From: a bacterium
Lineage (GTDB): Bacteria; UBA8248
DNA: 64,000 nucleotides
Direction of reading: 5' to 3'
Assembly (NCBI GenBank): GCA_965207065.1
Contig: OZ242260.1
Location: 2,720,001-2,784,000, forward strand
Every line of letters begins with the position of its first letter. Position 1 is the stretch's first letter. This document shows positions 36,565 through 48,389 of this stretch, one piece after another. A program made the position numbers and the translations under genes. Under the pieces are notes generated by a model. The model was not told the origin of the DNA. It saw only the letters and a program-made list of their open reading frames with translations, and searched no databases.

Positions 36565-39453
36565 ATGTCGGAATCTCGCTTGTCTCTTGAGAATCTCGAA
36601 AATCGGGGAGAGTTCATTCATCGCCACATCGCACCGAGCGATGCGGATATCGAATCAATGTTGGGAGTCATCGGCCTGGACTCCCTGGACGATCTCGTCG
36701 AAAAAGCCATCCCTTCATCCATCATCTCAGACACGAAGCTGAATCTCGCCGCACCCAGAGCCGAGCAGCAGGCCCTGGCCGATTTGGGCTCTTTCGCGGC
36801 CCGCAACCAGGTGTTCAAGTCTATGCTCGGCATGGGGTATTCGGATTGCCACACACCGACGGTCATTCTTCGCAACATCCTGGAGAATCCGGGATGGTAT
36901 ACGGCTTACACGCCCTATCAGCCGGAAATCTCACAGGGTCGCATGGAGGCGCTGCTCAATTTCCAGACCATGATCATGGACCTCACCGGCATGGAAATCG
37001 CCAACGCCTCTTTGCTCGATGAGGGCACGGCCGCCGCCGAGGCGATGACCATGGTGATGAACGCGAGCCGGAACAAGGGGCGCAAGTTTTTTATCTCGAA
37101 AGACTGCCATCCCCAGACCATCGAAGTGGTGCGCACGAGGGCGGAGCCTCAGGATATCGAGGTCGTGGTAGGCGATCATCGAGACGGCGCGCTGGATGAG
37201 GATGTTTTCGGCGTGCTTCTCCAGTATCCCGCAACGGGCGGGGAGATATTCGACTATGCCGATTTTGCGGCCAAAGCGCACGAGACCGACGCGCTCGTCG
37301 TCGTCGCAGCGGATATTCTCGCTTTGGCGCTTTTGAAACCCCCCGGCGAGTTCGGGGCGGACGTCGTCGTGGGCAATTCGCAGCGCTTCGGCGTTCCCCT
37401 GGGTTTCGGCGGGCCGCATGCGGCCTATCTGGCGACCAGGGAGCAATACAAGCGCGCCATGCCGGGCCGCATCGTCGGTGTCTCCATCGATTCGGACGAA
37501 AATCCCGCTCTGAGGCTTTCCCTCCAGACGAGAGAACAGCACATACGCCGTGAGCGCGCCACGAGCAACATATGCACGGCCCAGGTTCTTCTGGCTGTCA
37601 TCGCGAGCATGTACGGGGTGTACCACGGCCCGACAGGCGTCGGGAGGATCGCGCGGAGAACGCACCGCCTGTCAGGCGCGCTTGCACATGGCCTGGAGCG
37701 CATGGGTTTCTCTCTGGCGGCGGATTCTTTTTTCGACACCGTGGCGGTGCGCGTAAGTGAGGGAGGCGCCGCCCGAATCGTCGAGAAAGCGGCGCAGCGC
37801 CGCATGAACTTGAGAGTGCTCGATGATGATACCATCGGGATCGCCCTGGATGAGACTACCGGAAGAGAAGAGGTAGAAGCGCTCTGGGAAGTTTTCGCCG
37901 AAGACGGTTCAGCCCCGATATCCTTCGATGAAGTCGAGGCGGAAGCGGCGGTGAGGATTCCGGAGTCCCTGCGAAGAACCTCGCCCTACATGACGCATCC
38001 GGTTTTCAACTCCTATCACGCAGAACACGAAATGCTGCGCTATATCTATCGCCTTCAGGAAAAAGACATCGCGCTTACGCGCTCCATGATCCCCCTCGGT
38101 TCGTGCACCATGAAGTTGAACGCCACCACGGAGATGATTCCCGTGACGTGGGAGGAATTCGGCGGGATTCACCCCTTCGCACCAGAGGAGCAGGTAAGAG
38201 GATACCGCGATTTCATCGCAGACCTTGAGTTTATGCTGGCCGAGTGCACCGGGTTCGATTCCATCTCCATGCAGCCCAACTCGGGCGCGCAAGGCGAGTA
38301 CGCCGGCTTGCTGGTCATACGCAAGTACCATGAGAGCAAAAACGAGGACTACCGGAACATCTGCCTGATTCCGAGTTCGGCCCACGGAACGAACCCCGCC
38401 ACCGCCGTCATGGCCGGTTTCGAGGTGGTGGTCGTGGGTTGTGATTCGGACGGGAACGTGGATATTGCAGATCTAAGGGAGAAGGCCGGGAAATTTTCGG
38501 AAAAACTGGCCGCCCTGATGATCACCTATCCCTCGACGCACGGCGTGTTTGAAGAGGGGATAGTGGAAATATGCGACATCATCCATCGAAACGGCGGTCA
38601 GGTGTACATGGATGGCGCGAACCTGAATGCCCTGGTCGGCATCTGCAAGCCCGGGGAGTTCGGCCCCGACGTCTCCCACATGAATCTCCACAAGACGTTC
38701 TGCATCCCCCACGGCGGCGGGGGACCGGGCATGGGCCCCATCGGCGTTGTGAAGCATCTGTCTCCCTACCTGCCGAAACATTCTGTGGTTGCGGGCGTGG
38801 GCCCGGAGACGGGCGTCGATGCGATTTCCGCGGCTCCCTGGGGGAGCGCGGGAATTTTGCCTATCTCCTGGATGTATATCGCCATGATGGGCGGCGTGGG
38901 CCTCATCAAGGCGACGCAGGTGGCCATTCTGAACGCGAATTACGTGGCCAGAAGGCTCGAGCCCCACTATGAGGTTCTGTACAAAGGGGCGAACGGCATG
39001 GTGGCCCATGAGTGCATTATCGACATCAGGCCCCTCCAGGAAGCCTCGGGCGTGACGAACGAGGACATTGCGAAGCGTCTGATGGACTATGGCTTCCATG
39101 CGCCCACCATGTCCTTCCCGGTGGCGGGAACCTTGATGATCGAGCCGACGGAGAGCGAATCGCGAGAAGAGCTGGATCGCTTCTGTGACGCGATGATCGA
39201 CATCAGACGGGATATTCAGGAGATCGCGGACGGGCTGATGAGCGCGGAAGACAATGCGCTCAAGAACGCGCCTCATACGGCGTCGGACATCGCGGCTGAC
39301 GAATGGACTCATCCCTATTCGCGTGAGAAAGCCGTTTTCCCGCTGCCCTGGGTGCGCGCGGCGAAGTATTGGCCTCCCGTCAAACGGGTGAACAACCCCT
39401 ATGGAGACCGGAACCTGGTCTGTTCTTGCTTGCCTGTCGAGAACTATGCCTGA
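36565..39453 (+). CDS. gcvP: Glycine dehydrogenase (decarboxylating), single-chain P protein
   Basis: [35 protein letters not shown]. Confidence 0.97.
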   Translation: MSESRLSLENLENRGEFIHRHIAPSDADIESMLGVIGLDSLDDLVEKAIPSSIISDTKLNLAAPRAEQQALADLGSFAARNQVFKSMLGMGYSDCHTPTVILRNILENPGWYTAYTPYQPEISQGRMEALLNFQTMIMDLTGMEIANASLLDEGTAAAEAMTMVMNASRNKGRKFFISKDCHPQTIEVVRTRAEPQDIEVVVGDHRDGALDEDVFGVLLQYPATGGEIFDYADFAAKAHETDALVVVAADILALALLKPPGEFGADVVVGNSQRFGVPLGFGGPHAAYLATREQYKRAMPGRIVGVSIDSDENPALRLSLQTREQHIRRERATSNICTAQVLLAVIASMYGVYHGPTGVGRIARRTHRLSGALAHGLERMGFSLAADSFFDTVAVRVSEGGAARIVEKAAQRRMNLRVLDDDTIGIALDETTGREEVEALWEVFAEDGSAPISFDEVEAEAAVRIPESLRRTSPYMTHPVFNSYHAEHEMLRYIYRLQEKDIALTRSMIPLGSCTMKLNATTEMIPVTWEEFGGIHPFAPEEQVRGYRDFIADLEFMLAECTGFDSISMQPNSGAQGEYAGLLVIRKYHESKNEDYRNICLIPSSAHGTNPATAVMAGFEVVVVGCDSDGNVDIADLREKAGKFSEKLAALMITYPSTHGVFEEGIVEICDIIHRNGGQVYMDGANLNALVGICKPGEFGPDVSHMNLHKTFCIPHGGGGPGMGPIGVVKHLSPYLPKHSVVAGVGPETGVDAISAAPWGSAGILPISWMYIAMMGGVGLIKATQVAILNANYVARRLEPHYEVLYKGANGMVAHECIIDIRPLQEASGVTNEDIAKRLMDYGFHAPTMSFPVAGTLMIEPTESESREELDRFCDAMIDIRRDIQEIADGLMSAEDNALKNAPHTASDIAADEWTHPYSREKAVFPLPWVRAAKYWPPVKRVNNPYGDRNLVCSCLPVENYA

Positions 39454-39455
39454 TA

Positions 39456-40304
39456 ATGGAACGCAAAGATTCTGAACCGCAAGAAATCCCCCATGCACGA
39501 TTCTTGAATACGGGCGAATCTACTGCCGCCTGGAACATGGCGGTCGATGAGTTATTGTTCGAGAGTTGCCAGGCTCATCTGAGAGAAGGCCGGCCTCCCG
39601 AGGAGGCGCCTCTCACTTTTCGCGTCTACGCCTGGTCGCCTCCGGCCATTTCCCTGGGCCGCGGCCAGGCCGCCGAGCGCGATATTTTCCTGGAACGACT
39701 TGCAGATGAGGGAATCGATATCTGCCGGAGGCTCACCGGCGGGCGCGCGGTTTTGCACGATTGTGAATTGACGTATTCCATCACCGGCCCGCAGGCGCTG
39801 CTGGGAGATGCGATTGAGGAGACCTATCGCAGAATCAGCCAAGGATTGGCCGAAGGATTGGCGGCCCTGGGCGCGGAGGTGGAATTGGCTCCCCCGAGCG
39901 GGAGTGAGTATGCTTCGCAAGGCTCTTGCTTTGCCACGGCATCGGTGTGGGAACTCGCGATAGGCGGGAAAAAGATGGTGGGGAGCGCACAATGCCGCGA
40001 AGGCGGCGCGATTTTACAACACGGCAGTGTGCTGCTCCGCTCCTCGGAGGAGCGGTTGGCGAGTCTCCTCAAACCAAGGGGAGCCGAGCACCTGCTCTCC
40101 CGCAATGCCCACGCGATTGGTCTTTGGGAAGTGTTGGGCGGAGAAATTACATTTCATGAAGTGGCCGACTCCTTGAAGGCAGGCTTGGAGAAGGTGTTTG
40201 GTTTTCGCTTTGAACCAGGCGAGTTGTCGGATATTGAGAGTGCGAGAACTTTAGAAATTTCCCGTACTCGATACGAAAACCAGGAGTGGACGCTGGCAAG
40301 GTAA
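39456..40304 (+). CDS. Lipoate-protein ligase family, LipM-like octanoyltransferase
   Basis: NMAVDE, RRLTGGRAVLHD, SCF, KMVGSAQ, LQHGS. Confidence 0.85.
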   Translation: MERKDSEPQEIPHARFLNTGESTAAWNMAVDELLFESCQAHLREGRPPEEAPLTFRVYAWSPPAISLGRGQAAERDIFLERLADEGIDICRRLTGGRAVLHDCELTYSITGPQALLGDAIEETYRRISQGLAEGLAALGAEVELAPPSGSEYASQGSCFATASVWELAIGGKKMVGSAQCREGGAILQHGSVLLRSSEERLASLLKPRGAEHLLSRNAHAIGLWEVLGGEITFHEVADSLKAGLEKVFGFRFEPGELSDIESARTLEISRTRYENQEWTLAR

Positions 40305-40344
40305 CGAGACGTTTACCGATTGCATTATTTTACCTTCCATTTCC

Positions 40345-40374
40345 TTGACACTATCGTCGACATGGCCCTATCGT
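40345..40374 (+). promoter_or_regulatory. Sigma70-type promoter of tRNA-Gly
   Basis: TTGACA-N18-TATCGT ending 10 nt before the tRNA. Confidence 0.45.
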
Positions 40375-40384
40375 TCGTATGTAG

Positions 40385-40459
<75 letters not shown>

Positions 40460-40514
40460 TTCATCAAATTGGGTGACGGCCCGGCGTTTCCCTCGCATCC
40501 AGGAATCTGCATCT

Positions 40515-41390
40515 ATGTCGCATGACTTTCATCTCAATGGCCTCTCACCCGATGAAAAGGTCGTGGAGCTTCATACCCATTCGAATATGTCCGATGGCTT
40601 GGACCCCCCGGAGAAGCTCATCCAAAGGGCGAAAAGCGCCGGGATTCGCGTCATATCGCTTACGGACCACGACACGGTTGCGGGTTTGCCTCGCGCGAGT
40701 GCGGAAGCAAAAAAGCTGGGGATGGAGTTCATTCCGGGCATTGAGTTCACTTGCGACCATGATGGTCGGAGCGTACACCTTCTCGGCCATTTCATTCAGC
40801 CGGATGCGCCCCGTCTGGTAGCGCAGATAAAAACGCACGAGTCGGCCAGGGTGGAGAGGATGGGAGAAATCATCGATCGGCTGCAGGACTGCGGCCTGGA
40901 AATCGATGGGAAAGATTTTTTCACTTCTTATGCGAATAGCCCGAGCATCACCCGGGGCCAGTTGGGCGCATACATGCTCAAGAAGGGGTTCGCCAGATCC
41001 CGCGAACAGGTTTTCGAAAAATATATTGGAGAAAGCGCGCCCGCTTATGTGAATCTGGATATACTTTCTCCTTTCGATGCGCTCGAACTCATTCATGACG
41101 CCGGCGGAGTAGGCACCCTGGCCCATCCGAAGTTGAGCGGTTGTGATGACCTTATCCCGGCAATGGCCCAAGCGGGACTCGCGGGCATCGAGGTGGAGCA
41201 TCCCTCGCAAGATGAGGATGCGAAACGACATTATCGGAAAATGGCCGAAGAACATGATCTGTTATGCCTGGGAGGCTCCGATTGTCACGGTATTCCCCAC
41301 AAGCGGGATAGACTGGGACAGTTCTCTCAGCCCTTGCGTTTGTTGCTTGAACTATCGAATCGGGCAAAAACTCGCAGGGCGGCAACATAA
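40515..41390 (+). CDS. PHP-domain phosphoesterase (TrpH/YciV-like)
   Basis: LHTHSNMSDG, TDHDT, GIEF, AHP, GSDCH. Confidence 0.9.
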   Translation: MSHDFHLNGLSPDEKVVELHTHSNMSDGLDPPEKLIQRAKSAGIRVISLTDHDTVAGLPRASAEAKKLGMEFIPGIEFTCDHDGRSVHLLGHFIQPDAPRLVAQIKTHESARVERMGEIIDRLQDCGLEIDGKDFFTSYANSPSITRGQLGAYMLKKGFARSREQVFEKYIGESAPAYVNLDILSPFDALELIHDAGGVGTLAHPKLSGCDDLIPAMAQAGLAGIEVEHPSQDEDAKRHYRKMAEEHDLLCLGGSDCHGIPHKRDRLGQFSQPLRLLLELSNRAKTRRAAT

Positions 41391-41400
41391 GGAACGCCAC

Positions 41401-42468
41401 ATGGCGCTTCAGGATCAATTCATACGTCGCTGGCGGCTTCTCAGGGCTCTGGAGAGCGGGGAAAGCTGGTCCTATGAAGAACTCCTTGCGCTCCTGAGCG
41501 AAGAGCCGGCCGAAGGCGACAGCCAAATGTGGAGTTTGAGAACGCTTCAAAGGGACATTTCGCATTTGGTCAAGGCGGGATTCCCGCTCGAGAGGGTTCG
41601 CATGGGCCGGAAGATGCGGTATCGTCTGTTGAGGGATTATGTGGATTCGGTCCCGAAGCCGTTTTCTCCTTCTCAGTGGGCGTCATTGTATTACGCCCTG
41701 AGTATGATGCGGGATTTGCCGAGCAGCCCATTGAGAGAGCTGTCACTCGGCGAAAGCGTCAGCGGTGTTTTCAGCCGGTTGCGGAGTTATATTCCTGCGG
41801 CTTTGCGTGCCTATGCGGAGGGAGTGGAGCCGCGCTACGCCGGGGTCGTAGGAGCGCTGAGAGAACATGGGCGGCAGCGCAGGGTAGGCGGCGTCTTGAG
41901 CGAAGCGATAGAGAAAGGAAGACCCGCGCGGATCCTGGCGGCACGCGCTGGCGAGATTCGAAAACGCTGGTGGAAGGTAGATCCCTATCTCCTGCATTTC
42001 GGCGGAGGAAGCTATCATCTGCTGGCGCGCGAATCGGAAAAAAATGCCCTGGACGTCTGGCATCTGGAAGGCATTGAAAGCGTTCGCGTCATGGCCGGTG
42101 CTTTTCAGATGCCGCTGGGTTTGGATTTGAAAGCTTTGCTGGAAGAGTGCTTGCGCGAAGCCATGAATAATGGTTTGAATGTGAAGGTCCGATTCGGGAA
42201 GGATGTGGCGCTTCATGCAGTCGTCGCCTTCATGGAAGAAGCGTTCGGCGAAGTGGAGCATTTGAAGAAATCGGGCAAATCGAGCCGTGATGTGAGGGTT
42301 CGGATAAGTGATATATGGGGTTTCAGACGATGGCTGATGTCATTTGGTCAGGAAGCGGAGTTGATGGCCCCGGCCGAATTGCGCGATGCGTTCGCTCAGG
42401 ATTTGGAAGCCGCCTTGAAGAAGTACCGCAAGGGCCGTCGCGGAAGAAAAGCAGCTAATCCGGCCTGA
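41401..42468 (+). CDS. HTH-WYL-WCX transcriptional regulator (YafY/PafC-like, degenerate WYL)
   Basis: N-terminal SLRTLQRDISHL...GFPL wHTH, VDPYLL, C-terminal WLMSFGQEAELMAPAELR. Confidence 0.8.
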   Translation: MALQDQFIRRWRLLRALESGESWSYEELLALLSEEPAEGDSQMWSLRTLQRDISHLVKAGFPLERVRMGRKMRYRLLRDYVDSVPKPFSPSQWASLYYALSMMRDLPSSPLRELSLGESVSGVFSRLRSYIPAALRAYAEGVEPRYAGVVGALREHGRQRRVGGVLSEAIEKGRPARILAARAGEIRKRWWKVDPYLLHFGGGSYHLLARESEKNALDVWHLEGIESVRVMAGAFQMPLGLDLKALLEECLREAMNNGLNVKVRFGKDVALHAVVAFMEEAFGEVEHLKKSGKSSRDVRVRISDIWGFRRWLMSFGQEAELMAPAELRDAFAQDLEAALKKYRKGRRGRKAANPA

Positions 42469-42491
42469 TAAATTGTTTGGGAGGGCCTGAT

Positions 42492-42773
42492 ATGAGATTG
42501 AGAAAAGAGATGATTGAGCGAATCGCCAACAAGATCGTCGATCGGCTGAATCGCCGCGAAATGATATCCGAGGATTCGAACCAGGAAGTGCTCAGGACCC
42601 GGATTGCGCACGTCATCGAAGCGGACCTGATGGTGGAGGACCGCCTTAACGACGAGGTCAAGGAAATCCTGCGGGATTTCGAGGAGGAAATGGACAGGGG
42701 CAATGTGGACTACAGCCGGATGTTCACGATGGTGAAAACCAAGCTGGCGCGCGAGCGAAATCTCGTGCTTTGA
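42492..42773 (+). CDS. DUF507-like protein, paralog 1
   Basis: MRLRKEMI...EDRLNDEVKEIL...MFTMVKTKLARERNLVL. Confidence 0.78.
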   Translation: MRLRKEMIERIANKIVDRLNRREMISEDSNQEVLRTRIAHVIEADLMVEDRLNDEVKEILRDFEEEMDRGNVDYSRMFTMVKTKLARERNLVL

Positions 42774-42824
42774 AGGGGTAGCGAGAATTTTTCAGTTTCA
42801 TTTTCATTCAAGGAGAACGCGGCC

Positions 42825-43100
42825 ATGAAACTCAGCCGCGAGAAGATCAATCATCTGACGAATCTGGTCGTCAAGGACATTGAAGAGTGTGAGGATGTGG
42901 ATTTTCTGGTCGAGCCCCAGGAATTGCGTATGAATGTTCTGCGCGCCATTAGCAATGAGTTGATCATTGATGATGAGATTGAAGAGGAGGTGCGAAGGAT
43001 TTTGAGCACCTATTCCAGCAGGCTGGTGGAGGGTAGCCGCGACTGGGAGATACTCTTCAACAAGCATTATGATCAAGAGGCGAAACGACGCGGAATTTGA
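42825..43100 (+). CDS. DUF507-like protein, paralog 2
   Basis: MKLSREKINHL...EIEEEVRRIL...EGSRDWEILFNKHY. Confidence 0.75.
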   Translation: MKLSREKINHLTNLVVKDIEECEDVDFLVEPQELRMNVLRAISNELIIDDEIEEEVRRILSTYSSRLVEGSRDWEILFNKHYDQEAKRRGI

Positions 43101-43154
43101 TCTCCTCAACAAATATTCTTGACTTGATGCCTACCAAAAGCGGAAAGCGGTGAC

Positions 43155-43754
43155 GTGCAAAAGGTTGGCCTGACCGGTGGAATCGCCAGCGGAAAATCCA
43201 CGGTGAGCGGGATGTTCACGGACCTGGCCGTTCCGGTAATCGACGCGGACTTGATTGCGCGCGAGGTGGTTGCTCCGGGGTCTCGCGCTCTTGGGGCGAT
43301 CGTCGATGCTTTTGGCGAAGAAATCCTTACTGACAATAAAAGCCTGAACCGCGCCAGGCTCGCGGAGATCGTTTTTTCCGATCCGCCGAAAAAGAAGATT
43401 CTTGAGGGGATCCTGCATCCTGAAATTATCGCCGAGCAGGACAGGCGGTTGAGAGACCTCGAACGGGAGGGAGGGACGCCCGTCGCGATAGTGGACGCCG
43501 CCGTCATGATTGAATCGGGGAGCTGGAAGCGATTCGACTCGCTAGTGGTTGTCGATTGTGATGAATCCCAGCAAATCTGCCGATTACGCCGGCGAAACGG
43601 GATGAATGAAGAGGAAGCCATGAAGCGTGTCAATGCGCAGATGCCGCTCTCGGAAAAAGTGAAGTATGCAGATCACGTGATTGACAATCGCGGTTCGATC
43701 GATGATACCCGAAAGCAGGTAGAGGAGTTGATGAAATTACTTTCTGGGAAATGA
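43155..43754 (+). CDS. coaE: Dephospho-CoA kinase
   Basis: GLTGGIASGKST, DADLIAREVV, ILHP. Confidence 0.95.
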   Translation: MQKVGLTGGIASGKSTVSGMFTDLAVPVIDADLIAREVVAPGSRALGAIVDAFGEEILTDNKSLNRARLAEIVFSDPPKKKILEGILHPEIIAEQDRRLRDLEREGGTPVAIVDAAVMIESGSWKRFDSLVVVDCDESQQICRLRRRNGMNEEEAMKRVNAQMPLSEKVKYADHVIDNRGSIDDTRKQVEELMKLLSGK

Positions 43755-43765
43755 AATAAATAGTG

Positions 43766-43794
43766 TTGACAAATTTGTTTGAACTCATTACTTT
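43766..43794 (+). promoter_or_regulatory. Sigma70-type promoter about 400 nt upstream of rho
   Basis: TTGACA-N17-TACTTT with an AT-rich upstream tract. Confidence 0.6.
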
Positions 43795-44202
43795 TTTGAA
43801 ACACTTTTGAATTCTATTCCTGATAGGTATTCGTCGCCCTGAACTTCAATCACCATCTGATGTACAACGATTTGGAATATTAGAAAAGAGAAAAAATCTG
43901 TCTTGGGAAATACAAAGGTCCTCGGTCAAATTTCTGTCCTCGGATGAATATATTTCCAGCAATGGGTATTGCGCGCGCCCTTGACTGGCTCTGAAAATAC
44001 CGGATGCGCGCTTCGCATCGCACTCGGCGGTGAGAACCTGCTTTCGAATCAGACATGAAGGAATTTCATTACATCAACTTTACCGCTTGAGGCTAGGAGG
44101 AAAAGTCTCCCCGCGCAGAATGTGGCGAGTGGTGCGACCAGAAGGCGCCATCTCACGTTCCAGGCGGTAAAAAGTGCCCACCCAACCAAGGAGAAGGGAG
44201 TT

Positions 44203-45495
44203 ATGGCAACAACAGAAACAAAAACTCGCAGCTTGAACCTGGCGGAACTGAAGAAAAAGACCATTGGAGAACTCAACCAGATTCTCAAGGAGTTCAGTAC
44301 CGAAAGCGCCAGCGGACTCAGAAAACAGGATCTGATTTACAAGATACTCGAGGCGCAGTCCGACAAGGATCGCAACGGCGGTGGTGGAACCATCACCGGA
44401 GAGGGCGTGCTCGAAATTTTGCCGGACGGATTCGGTTTCCTGCGTTCGCCCGCCTACAACTATCTGCCCGGCCCCGACGATATTTACGTTTCCCCCAGTC
44501 AGATTCGCCGCTTCGATCTTCGCACCGGCGATACGGTGAGCGGTGAAATCCGCCAGCCCAAAGAGGGGGAGCGGTATTTTGCGCTTTTGAAAGTCGAGAA
44601 GATCAATTTCGAACCACCCGAGGCGAGCAAGGACAAAGTCCTGTTCGATAACCTCACCCCTTTGTATCCGGACCGCAGGATACAGCTCGAAATATCCGGG
44701 GAGGAGGTCAGTTCGCGCGTGCTGGACCTCATGACGCCGATCGGCTTCGGGCAGCGTGGCCTCATAGTCGCTGCGCCCAGAACCGGTAAGACGATGATGC
44801 TTCAGTCCATCGCGAAGAGCATCGCGACGAATCACCCCGAAGTTCACCTGATCGTTCTGCTCATCGACGAGCGTCCCGAGGAGGTCACGGACATGGAGCG
44901 CTCCGTGCGCGGGGAAGTGATCAGCTCGACATTCGACGAGCCGGCTTCTCGCCACGTGCAGGTGGCGGACATGGTGATCGAAAAGGCGAAAAGACTCACC
45001 GAGCACAAACAGGATGTCGTCATCCTGCTCGATTCCATCACGCGGCTGGCGCGCGCGCACAACACCATCATATCGCCGAGCGGAAAAGTCCTCTCCGGCG
45101 GTGTAGACTCGAACGCGCTGCAGCGGCCCAAGCGTTTCTTCGGCGCCGCGCGAAACCTCGAAGAGGGCGGCAGCCTCACCATTCTCGCCACGGCGCTGGT
45201 GGAGACGGGTAGCCGGATGGACGACGTGATTTTCGAGGAGTTCAAGGGCACGGGCAACATGGAAGTTCACCTCGACAGGAAGCTCTCCGACAAGCGCGTG
45301 TTCCCCTCGGTGGACATCAACAAGTCCGGCACGAGGAAAGAGGAATTGCTGCTCAGCCCGCAGGAACTCAACCGCGTATGGGTGTTGCGCAAGGTTTTAC
45401 AACCACTTGGCGTGGTGGACTCGATGGAGCTCCTGCTCGAGAAAATCCAGGAGACGAAGACCAACGAGGATTTCCTCGCCTCGATGAACAACTGA
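44203..45495 (+). CDS. rho: Transcription termination factor Rho
   Basis: [42 protein letters not shown]. Confidence 0.98.
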   Translation: MATTETKTRSLNLAELKKKTIGELNQILKEFSTESASGLRKQDLIYKILEAQSDKDRNGGGGTITGEGVLEILPDGFGFLRSPAYNYLPGPDDIYVSPSQIRRFDLRTGDTVSGEIRQPKEGERYFALLKVEKINFEPPEASKDKVLFDNLTPLYPDRRIQLEISGEEVSSRVLDLMTPIGFGQRGLIVAAPRTGKTMMLQSIAKSIATNHPEVHLIVLLIDERPEEVTDMERSVRGEVISSTFDEPASRHVQVADMVIEKAKRLTEHKQDVVILLDSITRLARAHNTIISPSGKVLSGGVDSNALQRPKRFFGAARNLEEGGSLTILATALVETGSRMDDVIFEEFKGTGNMEVHLDRKLSDKRVFPSVDINKSGTRKEELLLSPQELNRVWVLRKVLQPLGVVDSMELLLEKIQETKTNEDFLASMNN

Positions 45496-45567
45496 CGCTT
45501 ATCGCCAACCTCTTGTTTTTACCCGCTTTTGGGGGTAGACAAGGCGCTGGAGTTTCGATATAAAGCG

Positions 45568-45600
45568 CTCTCCTCGTAGGGGAGAGGGGTCGGTTTTTTT
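45568..45600 (+). terminator. Possible intrinsic terminator after rho
   Basis: CTCTCCT-CGTAG-GGGAGAG hairpin with a T7 tract about 7 nt downstream. Confidence 0.35.
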
Positions 45601-45690
45601 ATCGAAATACCACCTTTATTTATCGGATTTTATCGATATTTACGGAATTGTTTTCGACGTTTGGAACCCGAAATTTTGGAGCGCCTGGTT

Positions 45691-46287
45691 ATGAAGGCCG
45701 AGATTCATCCCGAGTTGTTCGAGTGCAAGGTTTCCTGCAGTGGTTGCGGCACCGAATTCACGACGTTCTCCACGCGCGAGGAAATACGCGTCGAGGTTTG
45801 CTCGCAGTGCCACCCGTTCTTCACCGGAAAGCAGGCGCGCATCGTCGATACCGAAGGCCGCGTCGAGAAGTTCGTCAAGAAGTTCGAGGGCAAGGAGGCG
45901 CGGGTCTCCAAGCGCAAGAGAAAGCAGGCCTCCGCCGAGGCGGAACGGGTCGCCCGGCTGGAGCGTGAAGCGAAGCAGGCCGCCGAGAAGGCGGAGGAAG
46001 AGAAAAAGCTCAGAGAAGAGGCCAGGCAGAAACGGGCCGAGGAGCGCGCCGCGAGGCAGGCCGCCCAGGCGCAGAAAGAAGAATCCGCCGAGGCCGCCGC
46101 CGAGGGTGCTGCGCCCGCCACTGAAACGAGCGATGCCGAGACGGCAGTTGCTGCGGCTGAGGATGCTTCGCCTGCGCCTGAACCCGCTGGTGCCGATGCG
46201 GCATCCGCCGCGGCTGAAGACGCTTCACCCGAGGCATCGCCTGCGCCCGAATCGGGCGAAGAAACCGAAAAGCCCGAGGATTCATAA
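45691..46287 (+). CDS. rpmE: 50S ribosomal protein L31 with a long C-terminal extension
   Basis: MKAEIHP...CSGC...[12 protein letters not shown]...DTEGRVEKF; conserved rho-rpmE-prfA context. Confidence 0.93.
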   Translation: MKAEIHPELFECKVSCSGCGTEFTTFSTREEIRVEVCSQCHPFFTGKQARIVDTEGRVEKFVKKFEGKEARVSKRKRKQASAEAERVARLEREAKQAAEKAEEEKKLREEARQKRAEERAARQAAQAQKEESAEAAAEGAAPATETSDAETAVAAAEDASPAPEPAGADAASAAAEDASPEASPAPESGEETEKPEDS

Positions 46288-46408
46288 GCACGGAGCCTAC
46301 CGTGTTTGCCTGGGGGCCGCCCCCGGGCGGTGGTTCCTCGGCAAACGCGAATCCGTGGCCTGAGGACGATACCGGGCCACCCCGTTCGCTGCCCGTCGGT
46401 TGATCCCC

Positions 46409-47500
46409 ATGTTCGAAAAAATCGAGCAAATCATCGAAAAACACCGGACGCTGGAGATGCGCCTCTCGGACCCGTCCCTGCTCAAGGACCGCAAGAAATT
46501 CGAGCAGACCGCGCGCGAGCACAAGGAGGTCACCCAGGTCGTCCAGGCCTATGAGGAATGGCGCGGCTACGCGAACGCCATCGAGGAGGCGAAAGCCCTC
46601 CTCGAGGACGGCGACCCGGAGATGACCGAACTCGCCCAGGCGGAGCTCGAAGACGCGGGCCCGAAGCGTGAAGAGGTGGAGGAGAGGCTGCGCCGGCTTC
46701 TGCTGCCCAGGGACCCGAACGATGAGAAAAACGTCATCCTGGAAGTTCGCGCGGGAACGGGCGGCCAGGAGGCCGCGCTCTTCGCGGCCGATCTGTACCG
46801 CATGTACGTGCGCTACGCCGAGGTCCAGGGCTGGAAGGCGGAGGAGTTGAGCAAGAGCGAGAGCGACCTGGGGGGCTTGAAGGAGGTATCCGCGCTCATC
46901 AAGGGGGCGGGCGCCTACAGCCGCCTGCGCTATGAGAGCGGCACGCACCGCGTCCAGCGGGTGCCCGTCACCGAGACGCAGGGGAGAATCCACACCTCCG
47001 CCGCCACGGTGGCCGTGCTGCCCGAAGCGGACGAGATTGCGCTCGACATCGGCGAGAAGGATTTGCGGATCGACGTCTACCGCTCCTCGGGTCCGGGCGG
47101 CCAGAGCGTGAACACGACCGATTCCGCCGTCCGCATCACCCATGTGCCCACCGGCCTCGTCGTCACCTGCCAGGACGAGAAGAGCCAGCACAAGAACCGC
47201 GCCAAGGCCATGAAGATACTCTCGGCCCATCTGCTGGACATGGAAATCCAGAAACAGATGTCCGAGCGTTCCGCGCAGCGCAAGAGCCTCGTGGGCAGCG
47301 GGGACAGGAGCGAGCGGATCAGGACCTACAATTTTCCCCAGGACAGGATTACCGATCACCGCATCGGCCTCACCCTCCACGGTCTGCCCGGCTTCATGGA
47401 GGGCGGCATCGACGAGATGGTCAAACGGGTCATCGAGAGCCGCGAGGCGGAGCGTCTGGCCGAGCTGGAAGAAAGCACGGAAGCCCACTCCGCGGAATGA
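46409..47500 (+). CDS. prfA: Peptide chain release factor 1
   Basis: PVT stop-codon recognition motif, [12 protein letters not shown]. Confidence 0.97.
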   Translation: MFEKIEQIIEKHRTLEMRLSDPSLLKDRKKFEQTAREHKEVTQVVQAYEEWRGYANAIEEAKALLEDGDPEMTELAQAELEDAGPKREEVEERLRRLLLPRDPNDEKNVILEVRAGTGGQEAALFAADLYRMYVRYAEVQGWKAEELSKSESDLGGLKEVSALIKGAGAYSRLRYESGTHRVQRVPVTETQGRIHTSAATVAVLPEADEIALDIGEKDLRIDVYRSSGPGGQSVNTTDSAVRITHVPTGLVVTCQDEKSQHKNRAKAMKILSAHLLDMEIQKQMSERSAQRKSLVGSGDRSERIRTYNFPQDRITDHRIGLTLHGLPGFMEGGIDEMVKRVIESREAERLAELEESTEAHSAE

Positions 47501-48387
47501 CCACCTCTCCTCCTGCGGCGCAAAACGAAACCGAAACCAAAGTATGTGCTCTGCTCTCCCGCCTGGAAGAGCAGTTCGCCGGGGCGGGCGTGGAATCGCC
47601 GGGGCTGGATGCGCGGCTCATCGTGGCTGTGGTATTAGGCTGCGAGGGGGCGCATCTCCACGCGCACCCTGAAAGAGTGGTATCCACAGAGGAGCTCGCG
47701 CGGGTCGAATCTTTGGCGCAAAGGAGAATGGCCCGCGAACCGATGGCTTACATCATGGGCGAGCGGGAGTTCTGGTCCATGTCCTTTTTCGTCTCGCCCG
47801 ATGTGCTGATTCCAAGGCCCGAGTCGGAGTTGCTCGTCGAACGCGCCGTGGCGCTTTTGGGAGAAGGACGGGAGAGCAGGATACTGGACTTGTGCGCTGG
47901 CAGCGGCGCGGTGGGTCTGGCGATCGCGAGTGAATTGCACGATGCGCGCGTCACCTTGCTCGACCTCTGTCCCGGGGCGCTCGGTGTGGCGAGGCGGAAC
48001 GCGGATAAATTCGGTCTTGGTAGTCGAACGTGTTTTCTGGCCTCCGATTTGTTTGATGCGCTCGAAGAGGGGGAAGGGTTCGACCTGATCGCCTCGAATC
48101 CGCCCTATGTGGCTTCGGGCGAACTGGATGGCCTGATGCCCGAAGTGTCATCGTTCGAGCCTGGACTCGCGCTCGATGGCGGCGCGGACGGGATGGACTT
48201 CATCCGGCGCATCATCGAGGAGGCGCCCGCATATCTCGCGCGCGGGGGCTTCCTGCTGATCGAGATGGACCCGCGCCAGATGGCGGAGGCGGCGGCCTTG
48301 GCGGAACAAAAAGGGGATTATCGCACGGCGAGCCGCCATAAAGACCTCGCCGGGCGCGAGAGGGTTTTGGAACTTACGAGGGTTTAG
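47497..48387 (+). CDS. prmC: Release factor glutamine methyltransferase
   Basis: [20 protein letters not shown]. Confidence 0.95.
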   Translation: MTTSPPAAQNETETKVCALLSRLEEQFAGAGVESPGLDARLIVAVVLGCEGAHLHAHPERVVSTEELARVESLAQRRMAREPMAYIMGEREFWSMSFFVSPDVLIPRPESELLVERAVALLGEGRESRILDLCAGSGAVGLAIASELHDARVTLLDLCPGALGVARRNADKFGLGSRTCFLASDLFDALEEGEGFDLIASNPPYVASGELDGLMPEVSSFEPGLALDGGADGMDFIRRIIEEAPAYLARGGFLLIEMDPRQMAEAAALAEQKGDYRTASRHKDLAGRERVLELTRV

Positions 48388-48389
48388 TT

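Noticed and set aside
44095-44112. RNase P RNA (GAGGAAAAGTC resembles GAGGAAAGTCC)
   Set aside because: The rest of the consensus, including the 3' ACAGAA..CGGCTTA, is absent.
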